Of a stretch of 64,000 nucleotides of DNA, positions 19,882 to 32,585 are shown piece after piece. The notes beneath the pieces were generated by a model that worked only from the letters and a program-made list of their open reading frames with translations, was not told the DNA's origin and did not search any database. The position numbers were made by a program, and so were the translations under genes. The DNA lies in IMG/VR virus record IMGVR_UViG_3300020388_000011, positions 46,030-110,029 of that record; one strand, written 5' to 3'. The stretch comes from a virus (Duplodnaviria > Caudoviricetes). The stretch's first letter is position 1. Each line of letters opens with the position of its first letter.

Positions 19882-21833
19882 TGGCTAATCCCGCTGTCGC
19901 AACAAAAGCAATAGGAATTGCTAAAACTTTAGTAAGAGGTTCAAAATCTTTTCTTAAAGGAGTAGCTTCTACTTCCAATTCTGTCATATCATCTACTGGA
20001 GATAAAATTAAAGCTACAAGTTTAAAAATTAAAAATGAAAATCTAAGTCAGAGGAGAAAGGAGAGAGATACTGAGGAGCTTGAAAGAAGAGAAAGTAGGG
20101 AAAAGAAGAGAGAGAAAGGAATTGCACCTGCAGCAACTAAACTTGTAGATGTAGTTGTTAAAAAACCATTAGCTTCTTTATGGAAGCTTATAGCTGCTTG
20201 GGTTGTTGATAACTTACCTAAGATAATTAAGGAGGTTGAAATTTTTATTAAGAAGGTAAAAGTATTTACTGGATTTGTGAAAAGAGCTATTACTTCAGTA
20301 GGATCCACATTTAAGTCTCTTGGTAAAATTTTGAGTGCCTTTGTAAAAAATATAAAGGAGTTTGATTTTACGGATAAATCAGGCAGGATTGAAACTGCTA
20401 AAAAAGAATTGGATGAAAATCTTGAGGATATATCTACATCCGTCAGTGAAATGGGAGCAGTCTGGGGAAGAGAGGAGGAGGAGCTAGATTATATTCTAGA
20501 GAAATTTAAAAGTGAGGATAATGTAAAAAAAATACGTGCTGAACTTGATAAAGAATTTAAAGATGAGGAGCCAGCTGCCGAACCACAAACACCTGCTGTT
20601 GGCAAAGACTCTAAATCTGGCAAAACATCAAATCGTCAGGCACTTTTAGATACAATTTCTTGGGCTGAGGGAACTTCAGGTCCTAAAGGATATAATACTT
20701 GGTTTGGTGGTAGAACTGACTTGGATTTAGCTAAGCTGACCATTAATCAGGTTGTTGCAGAGCAGAAAAAAAGGCAAAGGAATAAAGATCCCCGAGCAAG
20801 GTTCTGGGATGGTACAAAGTATGACTACAGCTTTGCTGTGGGTAAGTATCAAATGTTGGAACCAGGACCTGCCGCAGTAAAAGCTGGATTGGACCCATCA
20901 AAGGCTAAGTTTACTCCTGAAAACCAGGATAAAATGGCTATTGCTCAGTATATAAAAGGACAAGCTGGAATGAAGGATTCCGAAATTGATTCCCCTCTTA
21001 CTAGAGAAGGTATTGATAAATTAGCTCCTGTTTTTGCTTCTTTCCCGAATCTTATGGGTCCCGATAAATTCGGTAAAGTTGGAACAAATAGTAGTTTCTA
21101 TGGGCAAGGTGGAAAGAAGGAAAGTGAAATTATGGATTTTTATTCAAAAGCTCAAGGGGCATCATCAAATAGACCTGAAACTAAACCTAAACCAGCAGTT
21201 CAGGCACCACAGCCAGCATCAGCTCCCACTGGAACATCTAAAGTTCAAGATGAGTTTATGGGTGGAACTTCTGGTAAAATTATAACTACTAGTAAATTCG
21301 GTATGAGAGAGCATCCTATACTTGGTGGTTACAAAATGCATAATGGTATTGATCTAGCTCCTCCTGGAGCTGGTTATAGGGTAGCATTGAAAGCTTCTGG
21401 TGAAGTTACTAGAGTAGATTTTGATGGGAGTGGATATGGTTACTTTGTAATTATCACTTCAAAGGAAACTGGGAAGAGTTATATGTTTGCCCACCTCAAA
21501 TCCATTTATGTAAAGAAAGGTGATTCCTATACTGGGCAAGCTATTGGTGAGATTGGCAGTACAGGTACAAGTACTGGTATTCACCTCCATTATGAGGTTT
21601 ATATTGGTGGTAAGGATGGTCGTGCCATTAATCCAGAACCATATCTTAATATGATAAGCATTGGCAAGAAACTTTCAAAGAAAGAAACGGCTGCTCCAAG
21701 TAATGTAAATAGTAACTTATCGGGAGCAAAAAACGTTTTGTTGGATGGATTAGCTTCTATCAAGACTGGAGGAGCAAAGATTATTAATAATACAATATTA
21801 ATGACCCAGAAAGAATATATTTCTAGCGAATAA
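19881..21833 (+). CDS. Virion-associated lysin: lysozyme/transglycosylase plus M23 peptidase domains
   Basis: ALLDTISWAEGT...GYN..FGG...GKYQ; HNGID, FAHL, STGIHLHYE. Confidence 0.8.
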   Translation: MANPAVATKAIGIAKTLVRGSKSFLKGVASTSNSVISSTGDKIKATSLKIKNENLSQRRKERDTEELERRESREKKREKGIAPAATKLVDVVVKKPLASLWKLIAAWVVDNLPKIIKEVEIFIKKVKVFTGFVKRAITSVGSTFKSLGKILSAFVKNIKEFDFTDKSGRIETAKKELDENLEDISTSVSEMGAVWGREEEELDYILEKFKSEDNVKKIRAELDKEFKDEEPAAEPQTPAVGKDSKSGKTSNRQALLDTISWAEGTSGPKGYNTWFGGRTDLDLAKLTINQVVAEQKKRQRNKDPRARFWDGTKYDYSFAVGKYQMLEPGPAAVKAGLDPSKAKFTPENQDKMAIAQYIKGQAGMKDSEIDSPLTREGIDKLAPVFASFPNLMGPDKFGKVGTNSSFYGQGGKKESEIMDFYSKAQGASSNRPETKPKPAVQAPQPASAPTGTSKVQDEFMGGTSGKIITTSKFGMREHPILGGYKMHNGIDLAPPGAGYRVALKASGEVTRVDFDGSGYGYFVIITSKETGKSYMFAHLKSIYVKKGDSYTGQAIGEIGSTGTSTGIHLHYEVYIGGKDGRAINPEPYLNMISIGKKLSKKETAAPSNVNSNLSGAKNVLLDGLASIKTGGAKIINNTILMTQKEYISSE

Positions 21834-21858
21834 ATAATGTAGGCGAATCTGTGTTGTA

Positions 21859-23190
21859 ATGTCAATTAGACCATCTCTCTATAGAGTACTTACAATTAGA
21901 AAGGAAGATAGGACTGCAGATTTTAGACTAGCTGCGACGACTATTGATTTCTTTGAGGATGTCTTGTGCCCTACTGTTTCTTGTACTATTCAGATTGCTA
22001 ATTCTGGTGGAGTAATTAAGAGTGATTCAACTGGTAAATATGTTTCTTTATACGAGGGAATGAAGATTCGTAAAGGTGAGGAAGTAGAACTTTTTATTCA
22101 GAGTAACTCAGCAACAAATCAAGATTTGGATTATGCGACCAGAAGATCACTATATGTTAATGATATTACTGAGTTAATTAGAGACGATAGGGCTGAATTC
22201 TTCAAGCTTCATTTATTTTCTAAAGAAGCTTACATGAATGAGATGGTATTTCTTGAGAAAAAATATGGTGAGTCAACTAGAATTAGTGATCACGTAGAGA
22301 ATATAATTTCTGAAAGTTTTCAGTCTTCAATTGAGAGTGATATTGATCCAACCTCAGTAAATTATGGTTTCTGGGGAAGTCAGATGAAGCCATTTGAGGC
22401 GATAATGAAATTAGCAAGTAAAGCTAATTCGGAGGGTAGTATAACTTCAGAAACAGGAAATTCATCAGCAGGATTCTTTTTTTACCAGACCAGGAGAGGA
22501 TTTGCTTTTAAGTCTATAGATAATCTGGTAGCCCAGTCAGTTGATGTACCCAAATATGTTTATACTGAATATAATGGATCCCCTGTTGATTTCAAGCCAA
22601 GAGGAGATCTAACTTCACTGGACTATAAAATAAATCATTTTGTCATAAATCAAGCTGGAAGTTTAGCTGAAGATCTGCGCAAAGGAGTTATCTCTTCCTC
22701 TAGAAGGTTTTTTGATCCAGTTTCATTTAATGTTACTGTTGATAATATCTTTAGTCAAGATAATTATGGAATTATTCCAACTCTAGGTGAGCCACTTAAT
22801 GAGGAAACACCAAAATTAGGTAATATTGACTTATCCAAATTCCCAACTAAAATTATCACAGAAACTTTTGATAAGGGTACTGCTAATCCAAAAGTAAGTA
22901 CTAAAAATAATCTTGATCCAACATTATATTCATCTCAAAGAAAAATGAGATATAATTCTCTGTTTGCTCAATCGGTTAGTATTCAGGTTCCCCTAAATAC
23001 AAATTTACACGCAGGGGATTTAATAGAGTGTGTATTCGCTAGTATTGGTGATAGTGAACTAACGGAGCCAGATAGAACCCAAATTAGCGGTATATATATG
23101 ATAAAGGAATTGTGTCATCATTATGATCCAAGAACTTCTTATACATCTATGATGTTGACCAGAGACACTTACGGCGAAAGACAGAAGTAA
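21859..23190 (+). CDS. Baseplate hub protein (gp27-like)
   Basis: GFFFYQT..GF.FKSID, L.AGD.I, SG.Y.I..L.H, L.RD. Confidence 0.6.
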   Translation: MSIRPSLYRVLTIRKEDRTADFRLAATTIDFFEDVLCPTVSCTIQIANSGGVIKSDSTGKYVSLYEGMKIRKGEEVELFIQSNSATNQDLDYATRRSLYVNDITELIRDDRAEFFKLHLFSKEAYMNEMVFLEKKYGESTRISDHVENIISESFQSSIESDIDPTSVNYGFWGSQMKPFEAIMKLASKANSEGSITSETGNSSAGFFFYQTRRGFAFKSIDNLVAQSVDVPKYVYTEYNGSPVDFKPRGDLTSLDYKINHFVINQAGSLAEDLRKGVISSSRRFFDPVSFNVTVDNIFSQDNYGIIPTLGEPLNEETPKLGNIDLSKFPTKIITETFDKGTANPKVSTKNNLDPTLYSSQRKMRYNSLFAQSVSIQVPLNTNLHAGDLIECVFASIGDSELTEPDRTQISGIYMIKELCHHYDPRTSYTSMMLTRDTYGERQK

Positions 23191-23192
23191 TC

Positions 23193-25301
23193 ATGAGACT
23201 TTATTTCGGCAGAATTGCTCCAACAGAACCCCAGCAATCACAATTAGCTGGTGGTGGATGGTCTTGGAGATATAAAGTTCGTATTTTTGATAAACATCCT
23301 CCAGATAAGAATGTATTATCCGATGATGACTTACCGTGGGCTCAAGTATTGCTGCCTGTTACCGCAGGCTCTGGTGCCGCCAATTATGCGCAGACCCCAT
23401 CATTAAATCAGGGGGATACTGTTAGTATTGCCTACTATGATGAAGATGAACAGCAACCAGTCATTACTGGAATTCTTCCAAGAACTGATATAGTATCTAA
23501 TGGTGATCCATCAGAAAACGGAAAAACGGGATATCTACCACATAGTGGATTTACAGAAAATAAAAATAAAAATAGTAAAGTTCCTGATGATGAATCCAAT
23601 CAAAATAATTTAAATAGCCAACCATCAAAGAGAACTGACAAATTAGCATCGGCTGTTGGTAGTAAAATTGCGTTGGCAGATACTTGTGATCCCAATGGAT
23701 ATAAAGCTTCTGCTGTAACCAATGAGATTAATAACTTACTGGCAGAAATTCAAAAATTTACTGACAATGTGGCTCGTGTTGAGTCTATGATTGCCGGTAC
23801 AATTGATAGAGTACATGCTCTAGTGAATCCATATGTTGGAGAAATGATATTCAACTTATTTGATGGGTTAGTTCCTTTATTGAATGCTGGATTGAGTGCG
23901 TTATACAAAAAAACATTTGCCGCAGTTCTAGCAGCAACTCAAAATCCTGCTAAAGCTAAATTAGCAGCGGAAGCTGTTCTAATTGCTTTACAGCCACCAA
24001 TTTTAATACTACAAGAAGCTATTCAATTGATAGCAAATGAAGTAGTCTCTGGTATGCTAACAAAAATTGAAGACCTAGTTAGAGATACTATCGAAAACAA
24101 TGATAATTTCAGTAGCTGTGCTGGTGCTCAATTTAATTCTGCTCTAGTTAATTCAATTATTAATGATATTGATGATGGTATTTCTCCATTACTAAGAGCT
24201 GTGGCGACTATTTTGAGTGGTGGATTTAGTACTGAAGATGCCCTACGATCCACTATAGATATTGTTAGAGATTTTGCTGGGGGACTTTTGGCATTGAATC
24301 AGAGTGGTAATAAATGTAGTGGACTTGTGAAAGAATATATTGTTGGTCTTGGTGCTGCTGACAGTATTGGTGATATTTTGGACGATATACTTAAAGCAGC
24401 TAACGTTGCTAATGGGGCTATAGAAGAAATTACTGGTTCTGCTGATAGTTTGACCAGGCAATTTGGTGATTTCCCATTCTTGAGTGAATATTCTGGCAAT
24501 ACTAGTGCGATCTCTAATTGTACAACAGATCTCCCTACAACTTGTTTTGGACCACAAGTTCAAATTTTTGGGGGAAGGGGTGAAGGTGCTACAGCAGAGG
24601 CACTTGTTGGTAGGTATGTTGATACTGTAGATGAAAGAACTATCACCGATAAGCAAGGTGGTGTTGTTTCTATCGAAGTGACTAATGGTGGGGAAGGTTA
24701 TATATATCCACCATTTGTGGAAATTACAGACAACTGTGGGCTTGGGATTGGTGCTGTAGCAAGATCGGTTATCAATAGGGAGGGTAAAGTAATTAGAATT
24801 TATATTGTAACTCCTGGAGAGGGCTATCCATCATCTGGTGAGGAGTTATTTGTTGTGAATGATGTACAGATAATCACTGGCGGCTTTGGTTATTCTCCTG
24901 GTATCGTACAGGATCAGTATGGTGGAAGATATGAAGTACTTCCTAATGAAAGAGGAACGGTAATTAATATATTACCAATTAATATCGTTCAAATCCCTAA
25001 TGATGTTGATAGTAATGAACTTATCATCAATATACCTTCCGTAGATCCCCCAATTCCTCCTGGGGGAACTCTTGTTAACGACAGTCCAATTGCTTCTGAA
25101 CCAATAAATACAGGTAAAATATATGATGCTAATGGTAAATTTGTAGCTAATGCCATTATTGGTAGTGGACTGACCTATACACCAGTCCTAGTGAGACTAC
25201 CTACGGCAGAGCAAATTGCTGCTGGTGAGATTTCTGATAGTCTCACTCCAAGACTTCTACAGACAGAAGTTGTTCAAGTTATTGATTGTGTTGAGAGCTA
25301 A
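23193..25301 (+). CDS. Baseplate central spike gp5-like protein (N-terminal OB part)
   Basis: RYKVRI...DDLPWA, GD.V...D...QQPVI.G; GEGY..PP repeats. Confidence 0.75.
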   Translation: MRLYFGRIAPTEPQQSQLAGGGWSWRYKVRIFDKHPPDKNVLSDDDLPWAQVLLPVTAGSGAANYAQTPSLNQGDTVSIAYYDEDEQQPVITGILPRTDIVSNGDPSENGKTGYLPHSGFTENKNKNSKVPDDESNQNNLNSQPSKRTDKLASAVGSKIALADTCDPNGYKASAVTNEINNLLAEIQKFTDNVARVESMIAGTIDRVHALVNPYVGEMIFNLFDGLVPLLNAGLSALYKKTFAAVLAATQNPAKAKLAAEAVLIALQPPILILQEAIQLIANEVVSGMLTKIEDLVRDTIENNDNFSSCAGAQFNSALVNSIINDIDDGISPLLRAVATILSGGFSTEDALRSTIDIVRDFAGGLLALNQSGNKCSGLVKEYIVGLGAADSIGDILDDILKAANVANGAIEEITGSADSLTRQFGDFPFLSEYSGNTSAISNCTTDLPTTCFGPQVQIFGGRGEGATAEALVGRYVDTVDERTITDKQGGVVSIEVTNGGEGYIYPPFVEITDNCGLGIGAVARSVINREGKVIRIYIVTPGEGYPSSGEELFVVNDVQIITGGFGYSPGIVQDQYGGRYEVLPNERGTVINILPINIVQIPNDVDSNELIINIPSVDPPIPPGGTLVNDSPIASEPINTGKIYDANGKFVANAIIGSGLTYTPVLVRLPTAEQIAAGEISDSLTPRLLQTEVVQVIDCVES

Positions 25302-25303
25302 CT

Positions 25304-26368
25304 ATGACTGCTAATTGGGAAAAAAGATCATTACATAGTTTTGGTTCTAATTTTAGAATAGATGTATGTAATCCACAAACTACTACTGCTGGTAGTCAAA
25401 TATATGAAATATATGGGGTAACCGATAAGGAAGAAGATGTAAACCTTGTGGGTTTGGGTGAGAATGGAAACTTTCACATCTACAATGACAGAACTATTGA
25501 AATTGTTGGTGGACAAAAAGCAACATCTTCTGGGGTTGATATTTTAATCCAAGGCAAGAATGGAGATGTATGTATTAATGCCGATAGAAATGGTAGAGTT
25601 CGTATTCGCGCCAAAGATATTACCCTACAAGCTGATGAGGATATTGATATAGTTGCTGGTAGAAATGTCAGTATTAAATCTGGATCTGGTCGTACTCTTA
25701 TAGCAGGTAATGTTTTAGAGAAGAGTGGTCTTAAGGGAAACTTATTAGACGACGCTGCGCAGTGGGCTACTAGAGTATTTGAGGATACTGGTCTTCCTGC
25801 TGGTGCTTTTGGGGCATTACTCTCACCATTTTCAGGTCTTACTGATCTAGCTGGTGGTTTAATATCATCTCCTAGTTTGTTTTCTGGATTAGTTGATGGG
25901 GCTATTGGTGGAGCACTAACTGGAATTACTGGAGGTATTGGTGGTATTGCTAGTGGTGCTTTGGGAAGTCTTACTGGCGGTCTTGGTGATCTTGCTGGTG
26001 GTGCTTTAGGAAGTCTTACTGGCGGTCTTGGTGATCTTGCTGGCGGTCTTGTAGGTGACACTCTCGGTGGTGTGGTTGATGGTGCCCTTGGTGGAATTAC
26101 TGGAGGTCTTGGTGGAATTGCTGATGGAGCCATTGGTGGGCTTACAGGTGGTCTTAATGATGTTGTAGGTGGTCTTACAGATGGTCTTACTTCTACTGTT
26201 AGTAGTTTAAGTGGTGGTCTCACTGAAACTGTGGGTGATTTTATGGGATTTGATCTCAATCAGACTGTTGGTGGGCTTGCCAATACTGCTACGAATACTC
26301 TTTTAAATGATCTCACATCAGGTCTAACTGACAATATTGGTAATTCTATTAATTTTGAAGAAGAATAG
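25304..26368 (+). CDS. gp5 C-terminal beta-helix-like protein with a Gly/Leu-rich tail
   Basis: Beta-repeat segment (I.A..GRV.I.A.DI.L.A), then ~15-aa GGL repeats. Confidence 0.55.
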   Translation: MTANWEKRSLHSFGSNFRIDVCNPQTTTAGSQIYEIYGVTDKEEDVNLVGLGENGNFHIYNDRTIEIVGGQKATSSGVDILIQGKNGDVCINADRNGRVRIRAKDITLQADEDIDIVAGRNVSIKSGSGRTLIAGNVLEKSGLKGNLLDDAAQWATRVFEDTGLPAGAFGALLSPFSGLTDLAGGLISSPSLFSGLVDGAIGGALTGITGGIGGIASGALGSLTGGLGDLAGGALGSLTGGLGDLAGGLVGDTLGGVVDGALGGITGGLGGIADGAIGGLTGGLNDVVGGLTDGLTSTVSSLSGGLTETVGDFMGFDLNQTVGGLANTATNTLLNDLTSGLTDNIGNSINFEEE

Positions 26369-26423
26369 CCCTCTGCTTCAACCCACCTAAATACACCAGC
26401 ACCCGTTTTATTATTGACTAGTA

Positions 26424-29399
26424 ATGGCTATTCAATTTCCAGCAAATCCAAACATTGGCGATCTGTTTACAGACGTTTCTACAAATATCACTTACTTTTG
26501 GAGTGGTAAATATTGGTCTGCCCAAGGTCCAGGAACTGGCATAGGAGCCACAGGCGCTACTGGTTCCGTTGGATCTACTGGATTTGGTGCAACAGGCGCT
26601 ACTGGTTTTAAGGGACAAAAAGGAAAAACTGGTTCTACTGGGGTCACAGGACCGACAGGACCTAAAGGTTTTATTGGCTTAACAGGAGCTACTGGTCCTG
26701 ATGGATCACCTGGTGGTGCCACTGGACCCCAAGGTCCTCTAGGTGCTACTGGAAGTACAGGTCCTTTAGGAAGTACAGGTCCTTTAGGTTCTACTGGTGC
26801 CACAGGTCCTCAAGGTTCTCCTGGTGGAGCTACTGGTGCTACTGGTATTGCTGGTCTTACGGGAAATCCTGGTGCTACTGGCAGTGAAGGTCCTTCTGGA
26901 TCCCCTGGTGGTGCTACTGGTGCTACTGGTTTACAAGGTCCTCGTGGTGCGACTGGTTCTGGTGCCACGGGTATTACTGGTGCTACAGGCTCACTTGGTC
27001 CTGTTGGTCCTCAAGGTTCACCCGGTGGTGCTACTGGTAGTACTGGTCCTTTAGGTTCTACTGGTGTTGGTTCTACAGGGGCTACTGGAATTAAGGGCGA
27101 CATTGGATCCACTGGAATAAATGGTCCACAAGGTGCTACTGGTATAAGTATTACTGGTGCTACTGGTCCTTTCGGTCCTGGTGGTCTTCCTGGTTCTACT
27201 GGTTTGACTGGAACTACAGGAGCCACTGGTGAACTTGGTCCTGTTGGAACAACTGGATCTACGGGTCCTCAAGGTGATCCTGGTGGTGCTACAGGAGCTA
27301 CTGGTATTATTGGTACTACTGGAGCCACGGGTATAACTGGTTCTACTGGTGCTAATGGTGCTACTGGTCCTCAAGGTCAAGCGTCTCTAGTCCCAGGTCC
27401 TGATGGTTCAACTGGTTCTACTGGACCATTGGGTTCTACTGGTGCCACAGGAATTACTGGTGCCACTGGTAATGATGGTCCTACAGGTCCTTTAGGTCCT
27501 AGAGGTTTCGTTGGTTCTACTGGTGCGACGGGTATAGTAGGTCCTTCTGGTGGTATTACGAACCAGTGGGAAACTAGCGTATCAGTTCTAACTGCTAACA
27601 ACGCAGCTTTAATCGCAGATTCCACGGGCTCTAATCTAAAAATATTTAAAGTATCAAAATTTGATCAAAGCTTTAATGATCAAACGGCATTCTTAAGTGG
27701 ATTGGTACGGGGTAATACGATCACACTAGCTTCTGGTACTGGATCTTATATCTTTGAAGTTAAGGTTAACGGTGGTCTCGTCAATTCTGCTGGTGTTGAA
27801 TGTTTCACTATCCTAGTTGAGTCAACAGGGGGTAGTGGAGTTCTTGATGCGGGTACAATTACATTAACCAAGGCAGCAACTAACGCAACATTTGTATTCT
27901 CTACAGTAAATATTTCGTATCCTAGTGCTGATGGAGACCTAACTATTGACTATAACTTTGAGTTCAATGGATATCCAAAGTATTTGGCATTCTCTCCAAC
28001 TGATGTTTTGGGTGAAGATGTAACACAGTTCTTCTTTGATCCTTTGGCTAATAGTGGAGCCTTTACTGAATTCTATTTCCAAGCACAAATTACGGGCTCA
28101 ATAAACGATTTTAGGTTTAATGTAGCAGGTGGTCATTATTACGCAGACATTAACTCTTGGCTATATGTTGGTCAAGTAGATACTTTATACGAAGTCCCTG
28201 TAGGTAGTGCTGATAATATCGCACAAGTTTGGAATGTTCAGGTTGCTGGTATATCCAAAGGTGCTACTGGTGTTGCTGGTTCTCCTGGTGGTGCTACTGG
28301 TGCCACTGGTATTGCAGGTCCTGCAGGATCTCCTGGTGGTGCTACGGGTGCTACGGGTATTCCTGGTACTCCTGGTCTAGCAGGTCTGGCTGGAGCAACT
28401 GGACCTAGTGGTGCTGCTGGTCTTCCTGGTATTCAAGGTGATCCAGGCGGTGCCACAGGTGCTACTGGATTTACTGGTGCTGTTGGTGCTACTGGTATTG
28501 ATGGAATAATTGGAACAACAGGTGCCACAGGTCCTCAAGGTTCCCCTGGTGGAGCTACTGGTGCTACTGGTCTCCAAGGTTCTACTGGTTTAGGTTCTAC
28601 TGGTGCCACAGGTCCTCAAGGTTCCCCTGGTGGAGCTACAGGTCCCGCAGGTTTACAGGGAAATCCTGGTACAAATGGTATTCCTGGTAATCCTGGTACA
28701 AATGGTACTGGTGGTTCTACAGGTGCTACTGGTCCTCAAGGTACATTTGGATCAACTGGTGCCACTGGATTGACTGGTCCTACAGGTCTTGGTGAGCTTG
28801 GTGGTACAGGTGCTACGGGGGCTACGGGTCTTCCTGGTGCTGGTGGAACACCTGGTTCTGCTGGAATTGAAGGTGCCACAGGTCTTCAGGGTAATCAAGG
28901 CATATCAGGATTACAAGGTGTTGAAGGATTGGTCGGCGCTACAGGTCCTGTGGGTCCACAGGGTCCCACAAGCGGTGGTACAGGTGCTACTGGCTCTATT
29001 GGTCCACGGGGTTCTACTGGCGATAAGGGCGAGCCTGGTCCTCCTGGTCCTTTCGGCGGTCCTGCTGGTCCTCCTGGTCCTCCTGGTCCTGGTGGCGGTC
29101 CTACAGGGGCTACTGGTGCTACAGGTGTTCCTGGTGCTACTGGTGTGCAGGGCGAGAAAGGGGATGGTGGTTCACTCGGCGCTCCTGGTCCTACTGGTGT
29201 TGAAGGTCCCAAGGGTGATGGTGGAGCTACTGGTCCACAAGGTATTCAGGGAGTCCAAGGAAATAATGGTGGATTGGGTGCTACTGGTGCCACTGGACCT
29301 GATGTAAGGGCAGTTGGTGTTAACGCAATCTTTACCACAGCAGATGGTAAAACTATAACTGTTACTGATGGAATTGTTACCAATGTAGTTGACGCTTAA
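26424..29399 (+). CDS. Collagen-like fibre protein
   Basis: Two long G-X-Y blocks ([12 protein letters not shown]) separated by a non-collagen domain; FP.NP...W.G..W N-terminus. Confidence 0.85.
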   Translation: MAIQFPANPNIGDLFTDVSTNITYFWSGKYWSAQGPGTGIGATGATGSVGSTGFGATGATGFKGQKGKTGSTGVTGPTGPKGFIGLTGATGPDGSPGGATGPQGPLGATGSTGPLGSTGPLGSTGATGPQGSPGGATGATGIAGLTGNPGATGSEGPSGSPGGATGATGLQGPRGATGSGATGITGATGSLGPVGPQGSPGGATGSTGPLGSTGVGSTGATGIKGDIGSTGINGPQGATGISITGATGPFGPGGLPGSTGLTGTTGATGELGPVGTTGSTGPQGDPGGATGATGIIGTTGATGITGSTGANGATGPQGQASLVPGPDGSTGSTGPLGSTGATGITGATGNDGPTGPLGPRGFVGSTGATGIVGPSGGITNQWETSVSVLTANNAALIADSTGSNLKIFKVSKFDQSFNDQTAFLSGLVRGNTITLASGTGSYIFEVKVNGGLVNSAGVECFTILVESTGGSGVLDAGTITLTKAATNATFVFSTVNISYPSADGDLTIDYNFEFNGYPKYLAFSPTDVLGEDVTQFFFDPLANSGAFTEFYFQAQITGSINDFRFNVAGGHYYADINSWLYVGQVDTLYEVPVGSADNIAQVWNVQVAGISKGATGVAGSPGGATGATGIAGPAGSPGGATGATGIPGTPGLAGLAGATGPSGAAGLPGIQGDPGGATGATGFTGAVGATGIDGIIGTTGATGPQGSPGGATGATGLQGSTGLGSTGATGPQGSPGGATGPAGLQGNPGTNGIPGNPGTNGTGGSTGATGPQGTFGSTGATGLTGPTGLGELGGTGATGATGLPGAGGTPGSAGIEGATGLQGNQGISGLQGVEGLVGATGPVGPQGPTSGGTGATGSIGPRGSTGDKGEPGPPGPFGGPAGPPGPPGPGGGPTGATGATGVPGATGVQGEKGDGGSLGAPGPTGVEGPKGDGGATGPQGIQGVQGNNGGLGATGATGPDVRAVGVNAIFTTADGKTITVTDGIVTNVVDA

Positions 29400-29414
29400 C
29401 TTACACCTCTTATC

Positions 29415-32400
29415 ATGACTTATATTAATAAAAAAGTACCAGCAAATGGATCTCTACGTGTTGTCCGAAACGGTCAGTTAGAGTATGCGGGACTTCCATT
29501 AAAGAGTGACAAAAACCAAATAGTCACATTCGATGTAAAGAATGATGAATTTGAGTCTACTAACTTAAAAGACTTATTGGCTTTAGGTGGGGGTGGTACT
29601 GGTACTGCTTTGACTGTGCGAGAATCGCAGGGCTTTGGTGGTACTATTGGTGAAAGTCTATCTAATATTAATACAATAACGTTTGATGAAAATACTGGCT
29701 TTAATGTAGAAGATGCTGGTAATGGTGAAGCATTTATTAGATTGGGCTCAGCATTTGCTCCTTGGTTTGTTGCGGATCAAGGAACATTAATACCAGATGG
29801 TGAAGAAGCTATCACCTTTGTTGCTGGTGTTGGTATTGCTATATCAACAAAAACTACAAGAACTGGTATTGGTACTACATTATCTAAAGCAATTATCTTT
29901 ACGAGTACTGGTGTTCCTGGTCCTCCTGGTCCTGGTGGTGGTGCCACTGGTCCGCAAGGTGCAACTGGTCTTCAAGGATCCACTGGAGCTAGTGGATTTA
30001 CAGGTGCCACGGGTTCTACTGGTCCTACTGGTGCCACTGGATTACCCTCTATTATTCCTGGTCCTCCTGGTCCTGGTGGTCAACAGGGCGCTACTGGTCC
30101 CACCGGTCCCCAAGGTTCTACTGGCGTACCAGGCGCTACAGGACCTAGAGGATTTATTGGTGCTAGTGGTGCCACAGGTCCTCAAGGTAGTACTGGTGTT
30201 CAAGGTGCTACTGGTACTACTGGTCCCCAAGGAACTACTGGAGCCACTGGATTTTTTGGTTCAACAGGTGCTACTGGTCTTAGTGTAATTGGATCTACTG
30301 GTGCCACGGGTCCCCAAGGTTCTACAGGCTCAACTGGTGCTACTGGAGTTTTTGGTTCTACAGGGGCTACTGGTACTGCTGGTCCCACTGGTGCTACAGG
30401 GGTAGGTCTTACTGGTGCTACAGGACCTACTGGGTCTACTGGAATTCAAGGCGCAACTGGTCCCCAAGGAACTACTGGAGCAACTGGAATTGGCGCTACA
30501 GGTGCTACAGGTCCTACCGGTTCTACTGGTGCAACTGGTCCCCAAGGTACAACTGGAGCCACTGGATTTGGAGCAACAGGACCTACTGGGTCTACTGGGA
30601 TTCAAGGCGCTACTGGTCCCAGAGGCACTACTGGTGCTACTGGGTCAGGTGGAACAGGTGCTACAGGATCTACTGGAATTGACGGCGCTACTGGTCCCCA
30701 AGGAACTACTGGAGCTACGGGATTTGGTGCCACAGGACCTACAGGATCTACTGGAATTGAAGGTGCCACGGGTCCCCAAGGAACTACTGGAGCCACTGGG
30801 TTTGGAGCAACAGGACCTACTGGGTCTACGGGAATTCAAGGCGCAACTGGTCCCCGAGGAACTACAGGAGCAACTGGAATTGGTGCTACTGGGTCTACGG
30901 GAATTCGTGGCGCCACAGGATCCACTGGTCTTCAAGGTACCACTGGAGCCACTGGAATTGGTGCTACTGGGGCTACTGGAATTAGGGGTGCTACGGGAGA
31001 GGGTGGATCTTCAGGTGCAACTGGCGTCACAGGAGCAACTGGTGTAGGTGCTACGGGTGCTACTGGTCTTGCAGGTGCTACAGGTCTCGCAGGTTCTACT
31101 GGTCCATTGGGCTCTACTGGAGCTACTGGTGCCCCTGGAACTGGGGGATCTACTGGAATTGGAGGGGCTACGGGTGCTACCGGATTTGGTGCTACTGGCG
31201 CTACAGGTATATCTGGATCTACGGGAGCGACTGGTTCTCTAGGTTCTACTGGAGCTACTGGTTCTTTGGGTGCTACTGGTACTCAAGGTGCTACTGGATT
31301 GTTGGGTTCTACTGGAGCTACTGGTCCATTGGGTGCTACAGGTGCTACAGGATTAGGTGCTACAGGTCTAATAGGAGCTACTGGTCCGTTGGGTGCTACA
31401 GGTGCTACAGGATTAGGTGCTACAGGTCTCAGAGGATCTACTGGTCCTACTGGAGCTACTGGTTCTTTTGGTGCTACAGGTCTTGAGGGTCCTCTGGGAT
31501 CTACTGGAGCAACAGGATTAGGTGCAACTGGTATTCGGGGTGCTACGGGTCCACTAGGCTCTACAGGTGCTACGGGCGCTCCAGGAACAAGTATCAATGT
31601 AAAGGGAACAGTACCAACCTTTGCTGATCTACCAACAGTTGGTAATCAGGTAAATGATTTATATTTGGTTGCTGATGAGGGGGGTGAAGGTTATGTTTGG
31701 GATGGTACAGCATGGAATGCTGTTGGTAAAATTCAAGGTCCCACTGGTCCTCAAGGGGCTACTGGCGCAGGTGCTACAGGTGCTACAGGTCCATTAGGTG
31801 CTACAGGTGCTACTGGTCCACTGGGTTCTACAGGTGCAACTGGTGTATTTGATAATACTAGTGATATCACTACTACTGGTAATATTGAAGCCTCAATTAT
31901 TACAGCAACTGTAAAATTTATAGGTGATTTTGATGGTAATGCGTCAAGCGCAGATCAAGCAGACTTATCCCTTGAATCACAAGTATCAACAGCAGGTGGA
32001 ACTGATGATGACCATAGAGTTATAATTGTTGATGGTGTTAATGGACCACTCCCACTAGAAAGTGATAATGGATTATTTTACAGACCATTGTCAAATACCT
32101 TATTTGCTGGTAGATTTATTGGTGAAGGTGTTATTTCCTCTTTTGCTGACGATACTAGTGGCACCCAAGCTATATCTAATAGCACAACTTGGATCAATTC
32201 AACGTTGTCAGTTTCTATCACAAAGCAATTATCAACTAGTTCTATCCTTGTTCTTGTAAGTCAATCATATTTGGCTAGTTCTGCGGTTGGGGGGATCAGA
32301 ATACAGAGGGGAGCCACTACAATTTTGAGTGCTGATGCTGATATTGGAGTATTAAGTGTCACTACTGGTACACCATTGACTACCACATCTCTATTGAATA

Positions 32401-32546
32401 GGTGGTCTGCTTCCTACTTGGATTCAACTACATCTACTGGAAATATTACATATTCTACGCAGTTTAGGAGAAGCTCTGGTAGTGGTTTCTTTGCGACTCA
32501 ACCATCGGGTAATGTTAGTACTATCCAAGTATTTGAGATTGGCTGA
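29415..32546 (+). CDS. Collagen-like fibre protein
   Basis: About 600 aa of Thr-rich G-X-T repeats; C-terminal beta domain (SYLDS...ITY..Q). Confidence 0.85.
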   Translation: MTYINKKVPANGSLRVVRNGQLEYAGLPLKSDKNQIVTFDVKNDEFESTNLKDLLALGGGGTGTALTVRESQGFGGTIGESLSNINTITFDENTGFNVEDAGNGEAFIRLGSAFAPWFVADQGTLIPDGEEAITFVAGVGIAISTKTTRTGIGTTLSKAIIFTSTGVPGPPGPGGGATGPQGATGLQGSTGASGFTGATGSTGPTGATGLPSIIPGPPGPGGQQGATGPTGPQGSTGVPGATGPRGFIGASGATGPQGSTGVQGATGTTGPQGTTGATGFFGSTGATGLSVIGSTGATGPQGSTGSTGATGVFGSTGATGTAGPTGATGVGLTGATGPTGSTGIQGATGPQGTTGATGIGATGATGPTGSTGATGPQGTTGATGFGATGPTGSTGIQGATGPRGTTGATGSGGTGATGSTGIDGATGPQGTTGATGFGATGPTGSTGIEGATGPQGTTGATGFGATGPTGSTGIQGATGPRGTTGATGIGATGSTGIRGATGSTGLQGTTGATGIGATGATGIRGATGEGGSSGATGVTGATGVGATGATGLAGATGLAGSTGPLGSTGATGAPGTGGSTGIGGATGATGFGATGATGISGSTGATGSLGSTGATGSLGATGTQGATGLLGSTGATGPLGATGATGLGATGLIGATGPLGATGATGLGATGLRGSTGPTGATGSFGATGLEGPLGSTGATGLGATGIRGATGPLGSTGATGAPGTSINVKGTVPTFADLPTVGNQVNDLYLVADEGGEGYVWDGTAWNAVGKIQGPTGPQGATGAGATGATGPLGATGATGPLGSTGATGVFDNTSDITTTGNIEASIITATVKFIGDFDGNASSADQADLSLESQVSTAGGTDDDHRVIIVDGVNGPLPLESDNGLFYRPLSNTLFAGRFIGEGVISSFADDTSGTQAISNSTTWINSTLSVSITKQLSTSSILVLVSQSYLASSAVGGIRIQRGATTILSADADIGVLSVTTGTPLTTTSLLNRWSASYLDSTTSTGNITYSTQFRRSSGSGFFATQPSGNVSTIQVFEIG

Positions 32547-32585
32547 TCCTATGGTATAATACATAGGATACACTCAATATACATT

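Noticed and set aside
26492-31597. Many alternative-frame and antisense ORFs (PVAP- and LVLL-rich)
   Set aside because: Shadows of the G-X-Y codon repeats of the collagen genes
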